Virus record (IMG/VR): IMGVR_UViG_3300045049_000270
From: a virus
Lineage: Duplodnaviria; Heunggongvirae; Uroviricota; Caudoviricetes
DNA: 64,000 nt
Strand: one strand, 5' to 3'
This document shows, one piece after another, positions 47,767 to 57,260 of this stretch. The first letter of the stretch is position 1; each line of letters opens with the position of its first letter. The translations under genes were made by a program, and so were the position numbers. The notes below the pieces were generated by a model, which ran no database searches, was not told where the DNA came from, and was given only the letters and a program-made list of their open reading frames with translations.

Positions 47767-48168
47767 TTAACCCCACACAATCTTGAATTTGGCAGCATCT
47801 TCGATTTTCTTGAAAACAAAAGTTACTCGTGTTTCATTGTCGTGAATAACTGATTCTACATACCTCAACTTCAAATCGGATTCTCTTACCCATTGGATGG
47901 CATCGTCACGAGAATTTTCTTTGCCCAACAATACTGACACCTTAGGTGGCATATTCTTGAATTGAATCATCTCAGTGCAAATTCCTTTTGAAGCACTGAT
48001 ATTTCTTGGTGTTTCCCAATCTTTCGTATTCATGAAAATCTTACTTTCACTTGTTTTCTTTTTCTTCTTATTCTTATAAGAATACCAACTGGAATATTCG
48101 AATTTAATTGTTACTGTTACGGTATTTGGATAGTAGGAACTAACGTCGTAAATATCGTACATAGTCAT
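47767..48168 (-). CDS. FKL.W-family small protein (array B)
   Basis: QWVRE...DAAKFKIVW. Confidence 0.72.
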   Translation of the reverse strand: MTMYDIYDVSSYYPNTVTVTIKFEYSSWYSYKNKKKKKTSESKIFMNTKDWETPRNISASKGICTEMIQFKNMPPKVSVLLGKENSRDDAIQWVRESDLKLRYVESVIHDNETRVTFVFKKIEDAAKFKIVWG

Positions 48169-48812
48169 GGCAATTCTTTTTCCTCGTTGCCATCAATCCA
48201 TACGAGTTTTGTCATCACTGCTTCGGTTTTTTCTTTTACTTCGGCAATGATTTCAGGTTTGAAACTATGTTTACGAACTTCCCATTCACTAGCCAGATTT
48301 TCTCGACACCATGTCGTGATTTCATTTAGATGATAATCTAACTTTCTTCCTTCTGGGACTGGTAAAACCAATTGATGATCACGTGGTGTACGAATAACTT
48401 GTTGGAAGTCAGTCTGATCATCAAAATGGCAGAATGTTAGGTTCCACAACCCATTCTGTTGGTTTTGAGCATATACTGTATCACGACAATTTTCGAACCA
48501 TTTCTCGAAATCACCTCTCCAGAAATTGTATCTTCGAATATGATCGACATTGACGCCAAATTGAGTAAAACGTTCTTTTCCGAAGAAAAGAATGTGATCA
48601 TTCAACGGATCATAAAACACATTGTAACCACTAGGAGATGAATACACTTGATTTGTCAATGGGTAGAACATTCCGTTGACATTCAGGCTGATATTAGCTC
48701 CATTCAAATTATTAACTGGTGTTGACGGTTTCGCAGTGGCGACATCACCTATTTTGAATAGTTGATCGCTGATTGAAAAAGCTGGTGGAATAATCTGGAG
48801 TTTTGAGGTCAT
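48165..48812 (-). CDS. FKL.W-family protein with two tandem units
   Basis: KWFEN...DQTDF and WCRENL...EAVMTKLVW. Confidence 0.7.
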   Translation of the reverse strand: MTSKLQIIPPAFSISDQLFKIGDVATAKPSTPVNNLNGANISLNVNGMFYPLTNQVYSSPSGYNVFYDPLNDHILFFGKERFTQFGVNVDHIRRYNFWRGDFEKWFENCRDTVYAQNQQNGLWNLTFCHFDDQTDFQQVIRTPRDHQLVLPVPEGRKLDYHLNEITTWCRENLASEWEVRKHSFKPEIIAEVKEKTEAVMTKLVWIDGNEEKELP

Positions 48813-48814
48813 TG

Positions 48815-49072
48815 TTATTGCCAGGTTAACTTGAACCAGATGGCAATTTTTTCATCTGTGAATGCTACATGCCATTTCTGATCCAGTACTTTGGAATAAC
48901 GCCAATTGTAGCATATATCATCGAGATATGTGGTGAAAACTGCCACATTGAATGGTAATTTGTAATCTTCAATAGCATTCTCTTGCATCCATTCTTGTAT
49001 CTCACAGAAATATTCGAAATCCTTTGGATATGGAATTTCCACAATATAGAGGCCTAACAAGTCATCCATCAC
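48815..49072 (-). CDS. FKL.W-family small protein (array B)
   Basis: WMQEN...AIWFKLTW. Confidence 0.75.
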   Translation of the reverse strand: MMDDLLGLYIVEIPYPKDFEYFCEIQEWMQENAIEDYKLPFNVAVFTTYLDDICYNWRYSKVLDQKWHVAFTDEKIAIWFKLTWQ

Positions 49073-49395
49073 AGATATTTTAAACGAAAGTGAAGTGCTT
49101 CAACTTCATCATCTATGATGACGTATTCAGCTATTGTGGCATTGAAGTTGTATCCATCGTACTGCTTTTCTTGTATAGCCCGGATACTTGGGTACTCTTC
49201 TTTGAGGTGTTTGAACAGTGATGATTCTTCTATCGTATGGAATTTGCATTTCCATACGCGAAGTCGTACTAGATATGATTCACGTTGATGTAGAATGCAT
49301 TCCGCTGCTACTCGTTCATGCCATGAACCTTGCACACGTTTGTTCTCACCAGTGATAATCAGTGCATTGCCACATTGCGGAAAATGATGAATCAT
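49069..49395 (-). CDS. FKL.W-family small protein (array B)
   Basis: EALHFRLKY. Confidence 0.68.
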   Translation of the reverse strand: MIHHFPQCGNALIITGENKRVQGSWHERVAAECILHQRESYLVRLRVWKCKFHTIEESSLFKHLKEEYPSIRAIQEKQYDGYNFNATIAEYVIIDDEVEALHFRLKYL

Positions 49396-49396
49396 A

Positions 49397-49648
49397 TCAG
49401 CTCCATTTAAGACGGACGAGCACTGCATCTTTTTCATCCGCTACTTCAAGCCGGACTCTTATTTCGTTTGAAGAACTGAACATCGGTCCGTATTCGAATT
49501 TTACAGTAAAGCCAATTTCATTCTCAACAAGCCAGTCATAAAATACTGGCTCCCAACATTTCAGAAATAAAGTACCCATTTCTGGTGAGTCGGCAAAATC
49601 AAAGAATACATTCTCTGATATGTGAGTGAGAACGAAATTGGTGGTCAT
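49397..49648 (-). CDS. FKL.W-family small protein (array B)
   Basis: WLVEN...DAVLVRLKW. Confidence 0.75.
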   Translation of the reverse strand: MTTNFVLTHISENVFFDFADSPEMGTLFLKCWEPVFYDWLVENEIGFTVKFEYGPMFSSSNEIRVRLEVADEKDAVLVRLKWS

Positions 49649-51006
49649 TTCAACTTTTTAAGCTCTTCCAATTCTTGCTTGTAGATTTCCTTGATACGAT
49701 CGGGTGACTTCAAAATTGCTTTGTAGTCCTTGACATTCGCTTGTAGCCTTGAAATATTGTCCTTCACAGTCACCAGGAAATCTTTTGCCCAACGATAAGT
49801 TGGCAAACTAACGATCTTATCAATTTGGCTTGCATCAAGACCAACCGAAGTTGTGATTGTACTGACATCACTTTCAATATCAGCCTTGTCAGTCTTCTTA
49901 CTCAAGCGCTCTGGTAGTTTTGCGTCGAAACACGCTTTCACACCTTGCCAGTATTTAAGTTCATAATTGTCGTCATCAAGCATCTTTTCATACCGCTTGG
50001 CATACCACTTTAGACGCCATTCAACGAATTCTTTGACTAGTGTTTCAGCGCTGTCATATTGACGAATGCTAGTGCCATTCCAGTCAACAACAACGATACG
50101 CTCAGTTTCACGTTGGCGCAATTTGAAGTAATTGATGATATCATCTTCTGTCCAACCCTTCAATTCACCACGTTTGAATGTTACCTTGATATCGATCACT
50201 TTCGTGCTGTCATCAATAAATGTAACGATTTTGTCTTCCTCTTCCATCTTGACTAAGCGTTTACGGAAGCTATCAAGAGTCATACCTGGTGGTAGTTCTG
50301 TAATCTTCACTTGTGATGTATTGATGATTTCTGCTCTACCAGTGAATTCCCATACATTTGGCTCTAAATTGTGAACACTAACATTCAGATAGTCGTAATA
50401 TGGTTCCAATCCCTTAGGTTCCTTGCCATCCAACACTTGCTGGGTTGCTGCAACTAGTTTCTTGAGATTTCGGGGCAAAATATTTGTCGACCAACCCACC
50501 GCAATACCCTGTACACCATTCAACAGCACTAGTGGTATCAGTGGTAGGAAGTGTTCTGGTTCCTTTACTGAACCATCATAGTTGTCAGTGAGTGGAACGA
50601 TATCCAAGTCTTTATAAAGCAGCATTTCAGCCGCTTTTGCGCGCTTAACATATGTATAACGTGGAGCACCGATACCTTCCTTTGGAGCAACACGAGTGCC
50701 GAAAGCACCAATACCTTCGAAAAGTGGTACATTGTTCAAAAACGGTGCAGCTAATGCTGAGATCGAATCTGATGCTGATGCATCACCGTGAACATATAAA
50801 CCAGAACTAATCATTTCACCTGCTAGGGAAACAGTTTTGATTTTGTCAGAACGAGTGCGCATCAACCATAGTGCTTTACGAGGGCCATCCTTTTGACCAT
50901 CCGCCACACTTGGAATGGCACGCGATTCACAGACGTAAATTGAATATTCACGAGATGTGTCTTTGATATAATCACTTGTTGGTGTTGAAGTTTTCTTAGT
51001 TGTCAT
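49645..51006 (-). CDS. DNA topoisomerase II, GyrA/ParC-like (T4 gp52-type) subunit
   Basis: RAIP...DG.K, YVHGD, APRY catalytic Tyr, P.VLLNG..GIAVGWST. Confidence 0.93.
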   Translation of the reverse strand: MTTKKTSTPTSDYIKDTSREYSIYVCESRAIPSVADGQKDGPRKALWLMRTRSDKIKTVSLAGEMISSGLYVHGDASASDSISALAAPFLNNVPLFEGIGAFGTRVAPKEGIGAPRYTYVKRAKAAEMLLYKDLDIVPLTDNYDGSVKEPEHFLPLIPLVLLNGVQGIAVGWSTNILPRNLKKLVAATQQVLDGKEPKGLEPYYDYLNVSVHNLEPNVWEFTGRAEIINTSQVKITELPPGMTLDSFRKRLVKMEEEDKIVTFIDDSTKVIDIKVTFKRGELKGWTEDDIINYFKLRQRETERIVVVDWNGTSIRQYDSAETLVKEFVEWRLKWYAKRYEKMLDDDNYELKYWQGVKACFDAKLPERLSKKTDKADIESDVSTITTSVGLDASQIDKIVSLPTYRWAKDFLVTVKDNISRLQANVKDYKAILKSPDRIKEIYKQELEELKKLK

Positions 51007-51043
51007 ATTGTATTATTGTTGTTTTGTAAGAATTAAGCAAATG

Positions 51044-51403
51044 TCAGCCAAATGCCAATTTGAACATTACTGCATCCGTTTCACTTTGAAACGAATAAAC
51101 ATGTCCCATAATTCTGGCCACCGGGATATTTAACTCTTTCGGAAAATTGGAATCAATCCAATAGCCACTTGTGTATTCTGAGCACCATTTAGCTTTTTCA
51201 TCCCGATCTTTCCATATAGCATAAATCTCGCTGAGATTATAGCTGTGATGTAAATCGATGCGATGTGGACAAATAGCATAGAACGCATCATTCAATTCAT
51301 CGACCGATACAAGATTCACCAGATTATCAACCCAATAACGAGAAGACAAGCGATTTCGCAAATGCTTGTCTTCAAACAGTTCTATAGGATATGTGAAACT
51401 CAT
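51044..51403 (-). CDS. FKL.W-family small protein
   Basis: KWCSE...DAVMFKLAF. Confidence 0.75.
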   Translation of the reverse strand: MSFTYPIELFEDKHLRNRLSSRYWVDNLVNLVSVDELNDAFYAICPHRIDLHHSYNLSEIYAIWKDRDEKAKWCSEYTSGYWIDSNFPKELNIPVARIMGHVYSFQSETDAVMFKLAFG

Positions 51404-51741
51404 ACTATCACACTGAAATGCGTTGGTATAGGAGCATCTTCTATTGCTTTCGCCATATCTGACGCTAATTCAAATCCCATACAGATGCTATCTAAAGGGT
51501 AAATTCCGGCAATTGATTCTTTTTCTAGCCACCATTTACCTTCACAATTATCCCATGCCCATTTTATGTAAGGAAATAGCTTGTTGACAATCTTTTGTTT
51601 CTGATCTTGTTCTAGTCTTGATGCCATAACCATAATACCACCACTATTGGTTAATGATATTGAAGCGCATGGAATCAAACCTGCTGATATTTCACCTTTA
51701 TTTGGGGCGATGGCCGAAACAGTTATATCCACAATTGTCAT
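51400..51741 (-). CDS. hypothetical protein (weak FKL.W-family similarity)
   Basis: WAWDNC.GKW...GFE..SD. Confidence 0.6.
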   Translation of the reverse strand: MTIVDITVSAIAPNKGEISAGLIPCASISLTNSGGIMVMASRLEQDQKQKIVNKLFPYIKWAWDNCEGKWWLEKESIAGIYPLDSICMGFELASDMAKAIEDAPIPTHFSVIV

Positions 51742-51929
51742 TTGTATTCTTTTTCGATAAATGCATCAACTCCACCCAGTTTTGCATACATGAGAAAGGT
51801 ATCAAGGTCATCTTTATTCATATTCAAAACCATTTCAATTTCAACCTAGTCATGTTTCACTCCAAAACTACCAGCATTTATTCTAGTTGATGTAATGCTG
51901 GTAGTTTTGATGATCGTAAAATCTAGATA

Positions 51930-53807
51930 TTAGAGGCCAATCCACGATTTACGATCGTCTGCTCTTTTTCCATTGAATATGAGGTCCAAACTTTGTTCCA
52001 TTTGACCATCATCAGTCAAGGCAAACAACTTTGGTTGCGCCAAACTATAGGCCCAATCCTCTTCTGTCAATGTACCAAGACCTTTTGCACGAGTAATGCT
52101 CCAACCCTTGTATTGATCAGGATCAAAATCCTGGTGATTATCACTATACCAATACTTACGCTGTTTTCCCTTCTCCGCAATAATGAATGGAGTCATGAAA
52201 ATATGAACAACTGGTTCGTCCTTAGGATCAAATAACTCAGGCCAGAATGTATAGAAAAAATTGGTTAACAACGCACCAATATTCAAACCATCAGGGTCCA
52301 TGTCATGTGCGATGTAGATTTTACCGAAACGCATATTTTCACGTTTCGCTTTCTGCCCTGGAACTAGACCAACTGCATTCATAATGTCTTGTAACGCACC
52401 ATCTTCAAGTACTTCCTTAATCGGAGCACCGTGAACATTCATGACTTTACCTTTCAATCCAAGACCACCGTGAATCTTTGGATCTCGAACGGATGCCATA
52501 CCGCTGATAGCTGACAAACCTTCTGCAAGGAACAAAATACACTTGCTTCGATCATTACCACTTGCATCCATCAGGCCAGCGACTTTGCTGCGAAGTACTT
52601 TCTTAGCCAACTTGCTTGCTTCAGCTGCATCCTTCTTCATTGTGCGTTCTGCACAACGCGCGTAAACTGCATCAATCCAGTCACCATACTTCTTGATGAT
52701 GTTCTTGAAGAAATCAGGATCGTCAAGTGCCTTCTTTACTTGATGCGAAGTTTCTTCATTATTCAAGCGCGTTTTAGCTTGTGAGTTGAAGTTTGGTGCA
52801 TCCATTGTAGTGATGTTGTATAGCAACAAACCATCTGCCAAATCCGAGCGATTGGGTTGCAACTTACGCTTTTTACTTTCACGCTCTAAAGCAGTTAGAA
52901 GTCCAGAGAAGAAATAACGCTTGAATGTATCCATGTGGACACCACCATCAAACGCAGGAATTGAATTGACTAATGAATGTTGATGTTCACCATCTTCGAA
53001 GAAATTGGGAACTAACCAGAAATCACTAGTAAAGGAACCTTCTTGAACACCAATATGGATTGGTTTAATTCCTGGAAACAGATTCTTTTCCAGACCAGTT
53101 TTTACCGTTACTTTAACGCCATTATAGTAAATCTTGATCTTCGGATTACACAGAGCAACTTCGTAGATACGAGCTTTGAGGAATTCTTCTGGCAATGTCA
53201 TGTACTTGAATACTTGAGAGCTCAGCTTAAATGTTACTCGAGTACCAGTTGCTTTGGCCGTATTCTTTCGCTTGATGGATGGTGGTTTTACGACTAAATC
53301 CGAATCCAGTGATGGCCCTTCTGAAAATTCCTGATGGAAGCTTTGATTATCTCGTTCGATATCCAAATGAAACCATTCTGAGCAGAAGTTGACCGCCGAG
53401 GCCCCAATACCGTTCGTTCCACGCAATTGACCTCTTTCGCCAAAATTACGGCCAGCACGAGCATGACTCAAAGCCAGAGTAGCTGCATGCACTTGATGTT
53501 CTTCGTTGAAATCTATAGGAATGCCACGGCCATTATCGGCAACACTGAAAACCATAGTTGATGGATCATATGTGATATCAATCCGATCACCATAACCGTG
53601 GCCAGCTACTTCATCTAGTGAATTATCAAGGATTTCACGGAATGCGGTAAACACTGCTGGAATCCAAGTTTGTTCCTCGGCATATGGTTGACCGTTCTCG
53701 TACTTCAGAACTACTTGAGTGTGTGGATCTCTAGAGCCCAGGTACATTTCTGGCCTTACGCGAACGTGACCTGCTTCTGTGAGTTTTACGATTTTATCAT
53801 TTGCCAT
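51930..53807 (-). CDS. DNA topoisomerase II, GyrB/ParE-like (T4 gp39+60-type) subunit
   Basis: RPEMYLG, EILDN, DNGRGIP, G.NG.GA, AEG.SA, D.DPDG, KGLG. Confidence 0.95.
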   Translation of the reverse strand: MANDKIVKLTEAGHVRVRPEMYLGSRDPHTQVVLKYENGQPYAEEQTWIPAVFTAFREILDNSLDEVAGHGYGDRIDITYDPSTMVFSVADNGRGIPIDFNEEHQVHAATLALSHARAGRNFGERGQLRGTNGIGASAVNFCSEWFHLDIERDNQSFHQEFSEGPSLDSDLVVKPPSIKRKNTAKATGTRVTFKLSSQVFKYMTLPEEFLKARIYEVALCNPKIKIYYNGVKVTVKTGLEKNLFPGIKPIHIGVQEGSFTSDFWLVPNFFEDGEHQHSLVNSIPAFDGGVHMDTFKRYFFSGLLTALERESKKRKLQPNRSDLADGLLLYNITTMDAPNFNSQAKTRLNNEETSHQVKKALDDPDFFKNIIKKYGDWIDAVYARCAERTMKKDAAEASKLAKKVLRSKVAGLMDASGNDRSKCILFLAEGLSAISGMASVRDPKIHGGLGLKGKVMNVHGAPIKEVLEDGALQDIMNAVGLVPGQKAKRENMRFGKIYIAHDMDPDGLNIGALLTNFFYTFWPELFDPKDEPVVHIFMTPFIIAEKGKQRKYWYSDNHQDFDPDQYKGWSITRAKGLGTLTEEDWAYSLAQPKLFALTDDGQMEQSLDLIFNGKRADDRKSWIGL

Positions 53808-53965
53808 ATTTGTTTCTCAAATTAGGTTGTATTTGTAACATTGAATTAGTTTAGTGTCAATTTAGTGCCAAATGGCTGTGAAATTCAGTTTTCACCATTC
53901 CATTTATAAAGTGGCACATAATTATTTAGAAATTCATAAATACAACGACTTAGAGGAGTTTTCCC

Positions 53966-54526
53966 ATGCAAACAATTTACAGCGTATCTATTACACCATA
54001 TACAGTAGATACTACTCAGCAGCAAAATCTGGGTTTCATTGATAACACAACGCCAGCTCAATATCTGGCTAGTGGTACACAGCCATCGGATTTTGATTTG
54101 TCACATTCGTTAGCTAAGACGCAGGCGAATTTCCGTTGGAAATACATTCTCCAGGCTCTAGCATTGATGGCTAACCCTTATGTGATGGATGTCGTGGCCA
54201 CGGGTGCGGCAATGGATACATCAGCCACATCATTTACATTTAATGTTTATTTTGAACGTGACTCAGCTGTTACTATTACCAATAGTAGCAATGTGGTATT
54301 GACTGGTGCTCAAGCAGTACAGTATGCTATTGCCACCGCCCTAGCAACCACATTCACTGATATTGCCGAATATTATGATCCAACGAAAACTACTTCATAT
54401 CAGAATGGCACAACGACCGCAGCTTTTGACTACTGCGATCAGCGTGTTGGTACTGTGACTACTGGGGCGCTGGCAGCATCAGCATCAGCAGCAACAGCAA
54501 ATATCACAGTCAATGTTCTTGCATGA
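53966..54526 (+). CDS. putative virion structural protein
   Basis: TAAATA at ~53937, GAGGAG RBS, Thr/Ala-rich. Confidence 0.65.
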   Translation: MQTIYSVSITPYTVDTTQQQNLGFIDNTTPAQYLASGTQPSDFDLSHSLAKTQANFRWKYILQALALMANPYVMDVVATGAAMDTSATSFTFNVYFERDSAVTITNSSNVVLTGAQAVQYAIATALATTFTDIAEYYDPTKTTSYQNGTTTAAFDYCDQRVGTVTTGALAASASAATANITVNVLA

Positions 54527-54705
54527 AGCCAATTTCACCCGATCTCAAAGCAATATATGAAACAGCAGCCGGTCTGTATAAGGCCGGCGTCATCAATAAA
54601 ACCAAGCTTCGTGAATTTTACGAACTTGTGTACGAAAACAGTCTCAACGAGCACAAATTCTCACAATATTGTGAGAATTTGTTACGCCAAAGTAAGAAAA
54701 AGTAG
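54523..54705 (+). CDS. small protein resembling the N-terminal part of HigA/YiaG-type antitoxins
   Basis: AIYETAAGLYKAGVI.K..LREF; no HTH domain follows. Confidence 0.5.
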   Translation: MKPISPDLKAIYETAAGLYKAGVINKTKLREFYELVYENSLNEHKFSQYCENLLRQSKKK

Positions 54706-54798
54706 TTTTAACCAGTTCTGAGTCCTTGGTTTCCATAAATATTTTAAGCTGGTTGGCAAAACCAGTTATAATACAAAACCAAACTCACAATAACTATT

Positions 54799-54957
54799 AT
54801 GAAACTCTTTTCTGGCATTCTAACTATACTTTTCGCACTCTTAATTTCAGCCACAGCGGCATGGTTTTCAGTCGCTGGTCTAGTAGCACTTTTTGCTGCA
54901 ACCGCGATTCCTGTCATTTTTGAAGTTTATCCCATTCGTTTTCCCAAATTTGAATGA
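54799..54957 (+). pseudogene. orphaned 5' end of the membrane-protein gene at 55887
   Basis: MKLFSGILTILFALLISATAAWFSVAGLVALFAATAIPV aligns with MSKLISALITLISALAISAVAAFVSVSGMMALFSATASV. Confidence 0.75.
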
Positions 54958-55840
54958 GATTAAAACCGGACTTTTCTATCTTCTCGATTTTCTTGAGAGT
55001 ATTTTCATATAATTCACCTAATGGTTTTTTAGATAGAAAATGAATAGTATCATGCGAATGCACATTTGGATTACCGTGATGATAATCACCCCAAAACTCG
55101 TAAATTGTATTGGTTTCAGGGTCAAATGCATCTGCAATTATGAACGACTCATCATATAGGTAAACTCGTTTTTGCCACAATTTCCTATCAATGCCAAGGT
55201 GATCTAACCATTTATTTTGTTTTCCACAAAATTTTTTAGAACAGTATGGACATCCTTGTCCCAATCTAAAGTTTTCATATGTCATATGAAACATTCCATG
55301 TTTCATACATATAATTGGTAATGGGAAGTGATCTAGATGAGTGTTAACAAGGGAAATATCATATAAATCGCCGAATTTGGTAATTAAGCGCGTGATAATT
55401 TCATCCTTAGATAATTTCGATGATTTGCCGGTACGTTCAAAACCACATTTCCTACACCCATTGCCAAAATTAACATGTAGCTCTGGTGATTGTTTAAATT
55501 GTCCGTGATGTGGACATATAATTGTTCCTTTCGTCGTGAAGTTAATATATTTGAATTCACTGTAATCATAAAAATTATCATGTTTCTGTTTGGCTGCATT
55601 TATGAAATCATCAAACGTTTTTCTATTTTTTGAAGCTGCACGTTCAATACCACATGTTGGGCAACCTTGCTTGCAATATAAATGATTACCAACCTTTTGT
55701 TTGAATTCGCCATGTAAATTACAAATGATAGTTATTTTTGATCCAACACCATCAAATGTATCCTCAACATAAGTATAGGTATTTCCATGAATTGATTTAA
55801 CTTTTTCTAAAAATTCATCGTATTGCATTTTTCTTGTCAT
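54914..55840 (-). CDS. putative homing endonuclease (DUF723-like zinc repeats plus Vsr/PD-(D/E)XK-like domain)
   Basis: three I.C..HG.F...GCxxC repeats; D......IYEF.GDY.HG...IWE. Confidence 0.85.
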   Translation of the reverse strand: MTRKMQYDEFLEKVKSIHGNTYTYVEDTFDGVGSKITIICNLHGEFKQKVGNHLYCKQGCPTCGIERAASKNRKTFDDFINAAKQKHDNFYDYSEFKYINFTTKGTIICPHHGQFKQSPELHVNFGNGCRKCGFERTGKSSKLSKDEIITRLITKFGDLYDISLVNTHLDHFPLPIICMKHGMFHMTYENFRLGQGCPYCSKKFCGKQNKWLDHLGIDRKLWQKRVYLYDESFIIADAFDPETNTIYEFWGDYHHGNPNVHSHDTIHFLSKKPLGELYENTLKKIEKIEKSGFNLIQIWENEWDKLQK

Positions 55841-55886
55841 AATTATCACTTATAAATAAACCACATAACAGTATTTAGTTCTAGAA

Positions 55887-57206
55887 ATGTCAAAACTAAT
55901 CTCAGCCCTAATAACGTTAATATCTGCATTAGCAATATCAGCAGTTGCCGCATTCGTATCAGTTTCAGGTATGATGGCTTTGTTTTCCGCCACCGCATCA
56001 GTTGTTTGTGTGATGATGATAGTACTTGAGTCATCAAAATTGGTAGCAGCTGGTTGGCTCCATGCAAACTGGAAAAATCCAAACGTAAATTTCATCCATA
56101 AGACATATCTGTCTTTGGCGGTTGTCGCTTTGATGATCATTACATCAATCGGCATTTATGGTTTCTTATCAAAGGGCCATTTGGAACAAGCCGCTCCTAT
56201 GGCTGGTATTGAATTACAAATCAATGCCAAACAACAAGAAATACAAATGCTGCAAGATGGCAATAATCAATTGATGCAAGAACAAAAGCAACTTGATGCT
56301 GGTGTCAATGCATTCTTGCAAAATGGTTCTCTTAGAGGCGCCCAAGCTGGTTTGAAAGCACGTAATAGACAATCCACAGAACGTGCGAACATTCAAAAAC
56401 AACTGGATGCTAATAATGCTAAGATTCAAGCATTGAATGCTGAAATCCTTCCATTGAAGCAACAAAACGTTGAGGTTGAAGCAAAGCTTGGTCCAGTTAA
56501 ATATGTGGCACAGTTATTTGGATGGCAAGATACTGACAAAGCAGTACGATTGGTTATCTTGACAATAATGTTCGCGTTTGACCCATTAGCAGTTATTTTG
56601 TTGATTAGCGCCACAATCTCTTTTGGTGAATATCTAGAGGAGAAAAGAAAGAAGGCAGAAATTATACCATCAACCATTACTTTAATGCCAACATCAAACA
56701 ATACATCAGTTGATATGGCTTATAGCACGATGAATTCATCATTTGCTGCGGAACCTACCAAACACGAAACTAAAATTGAGAAACAAGTAGCTACAGAATC
56801 CACACCAGAACCAGTAATTCAAGAAACAGTTGAATCTCAAGCTGAAGTGCAACTCGATTCGGCTTCACTAGTTATTCCCGATCAGGAAGATAACTCAACA
56901 ATTGCTGCACTGCGTTCAACTGATGTAATGGCACCCGAGGTGACTGCAAATGCTGTTGATGCTGCACAGGTTGCACCAGAAGTCCCACAAGCTGCTGGTA
57001 AATTGAAATCAGATCCCACTACACAGCCGGCAACGAACGATAAGGAACGTCTTATAGAGATTCTGGAGAGCAGACCTGAATTTCTTCAACAGTTGATTGA
57101 TGTAATTGGTGATCATATTCAACAAAGTCGCACAGTTGATACCCAATCTGCTACACAACCAGTTAAACCAACCGAACCACCGAAACCACAACCTTGGCTG
57201 AAGTAA
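55887..57206 (+). CDS. membrane protein with long coiled coil
   Basis: N-terminal TMs, LE.SKLV, GIYGFLSK.H, GP.KY, FDPLAV. Confidence 0.8.
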   Translation: MSKLISALITLISALAISAVAAFVSVSGMMALFSATASVVCVMMIVLESSKLVAAGWLHANWKNPNVNFIHKTYLSLAVVALMIITSIGIYGFLSKGHLEQAAPMAGIELQINAKQQEIQMLQDGNNQLMQEQKQLDAGVNAFLQNGSLRGAQAGLKARNRQSTERANIQKQLDANNAKIQALNAEILPLKQQNVEVEAKLGPVKYVAQLFGWQDTDKAVRLVILTIMFAFDPLAVILLISATISFGEYLEEKRKKAEIIPSTITLMPTSNNTSVDMAYSTMNSSFAAEPTKHETKIEKQVATESTPEPVIQETVESQAEVQLDSASLVIPDQEDNSTIAALRSTDVMAPEVTANAVDAAQVAPEVPQAAGKLKSDPTTQPATNDKERLIEILESRPEFLQQLIDVIGDHIQQSRTVDTQSATQPVKPTEPPKPQPWLK

Positions 57207-57260
57207 AGATACATAAAGGGCCACATAAATACCTTTACCAGATTTTTAAAAGGAATTTTG

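Noticed and set aside
51864-51908. 15-bp perfect inverted repeat as a mobile-element end
   Set aside because: No transposase or target duplication; its position after the topoisomerase gene fits a terminator or processing hairpin.
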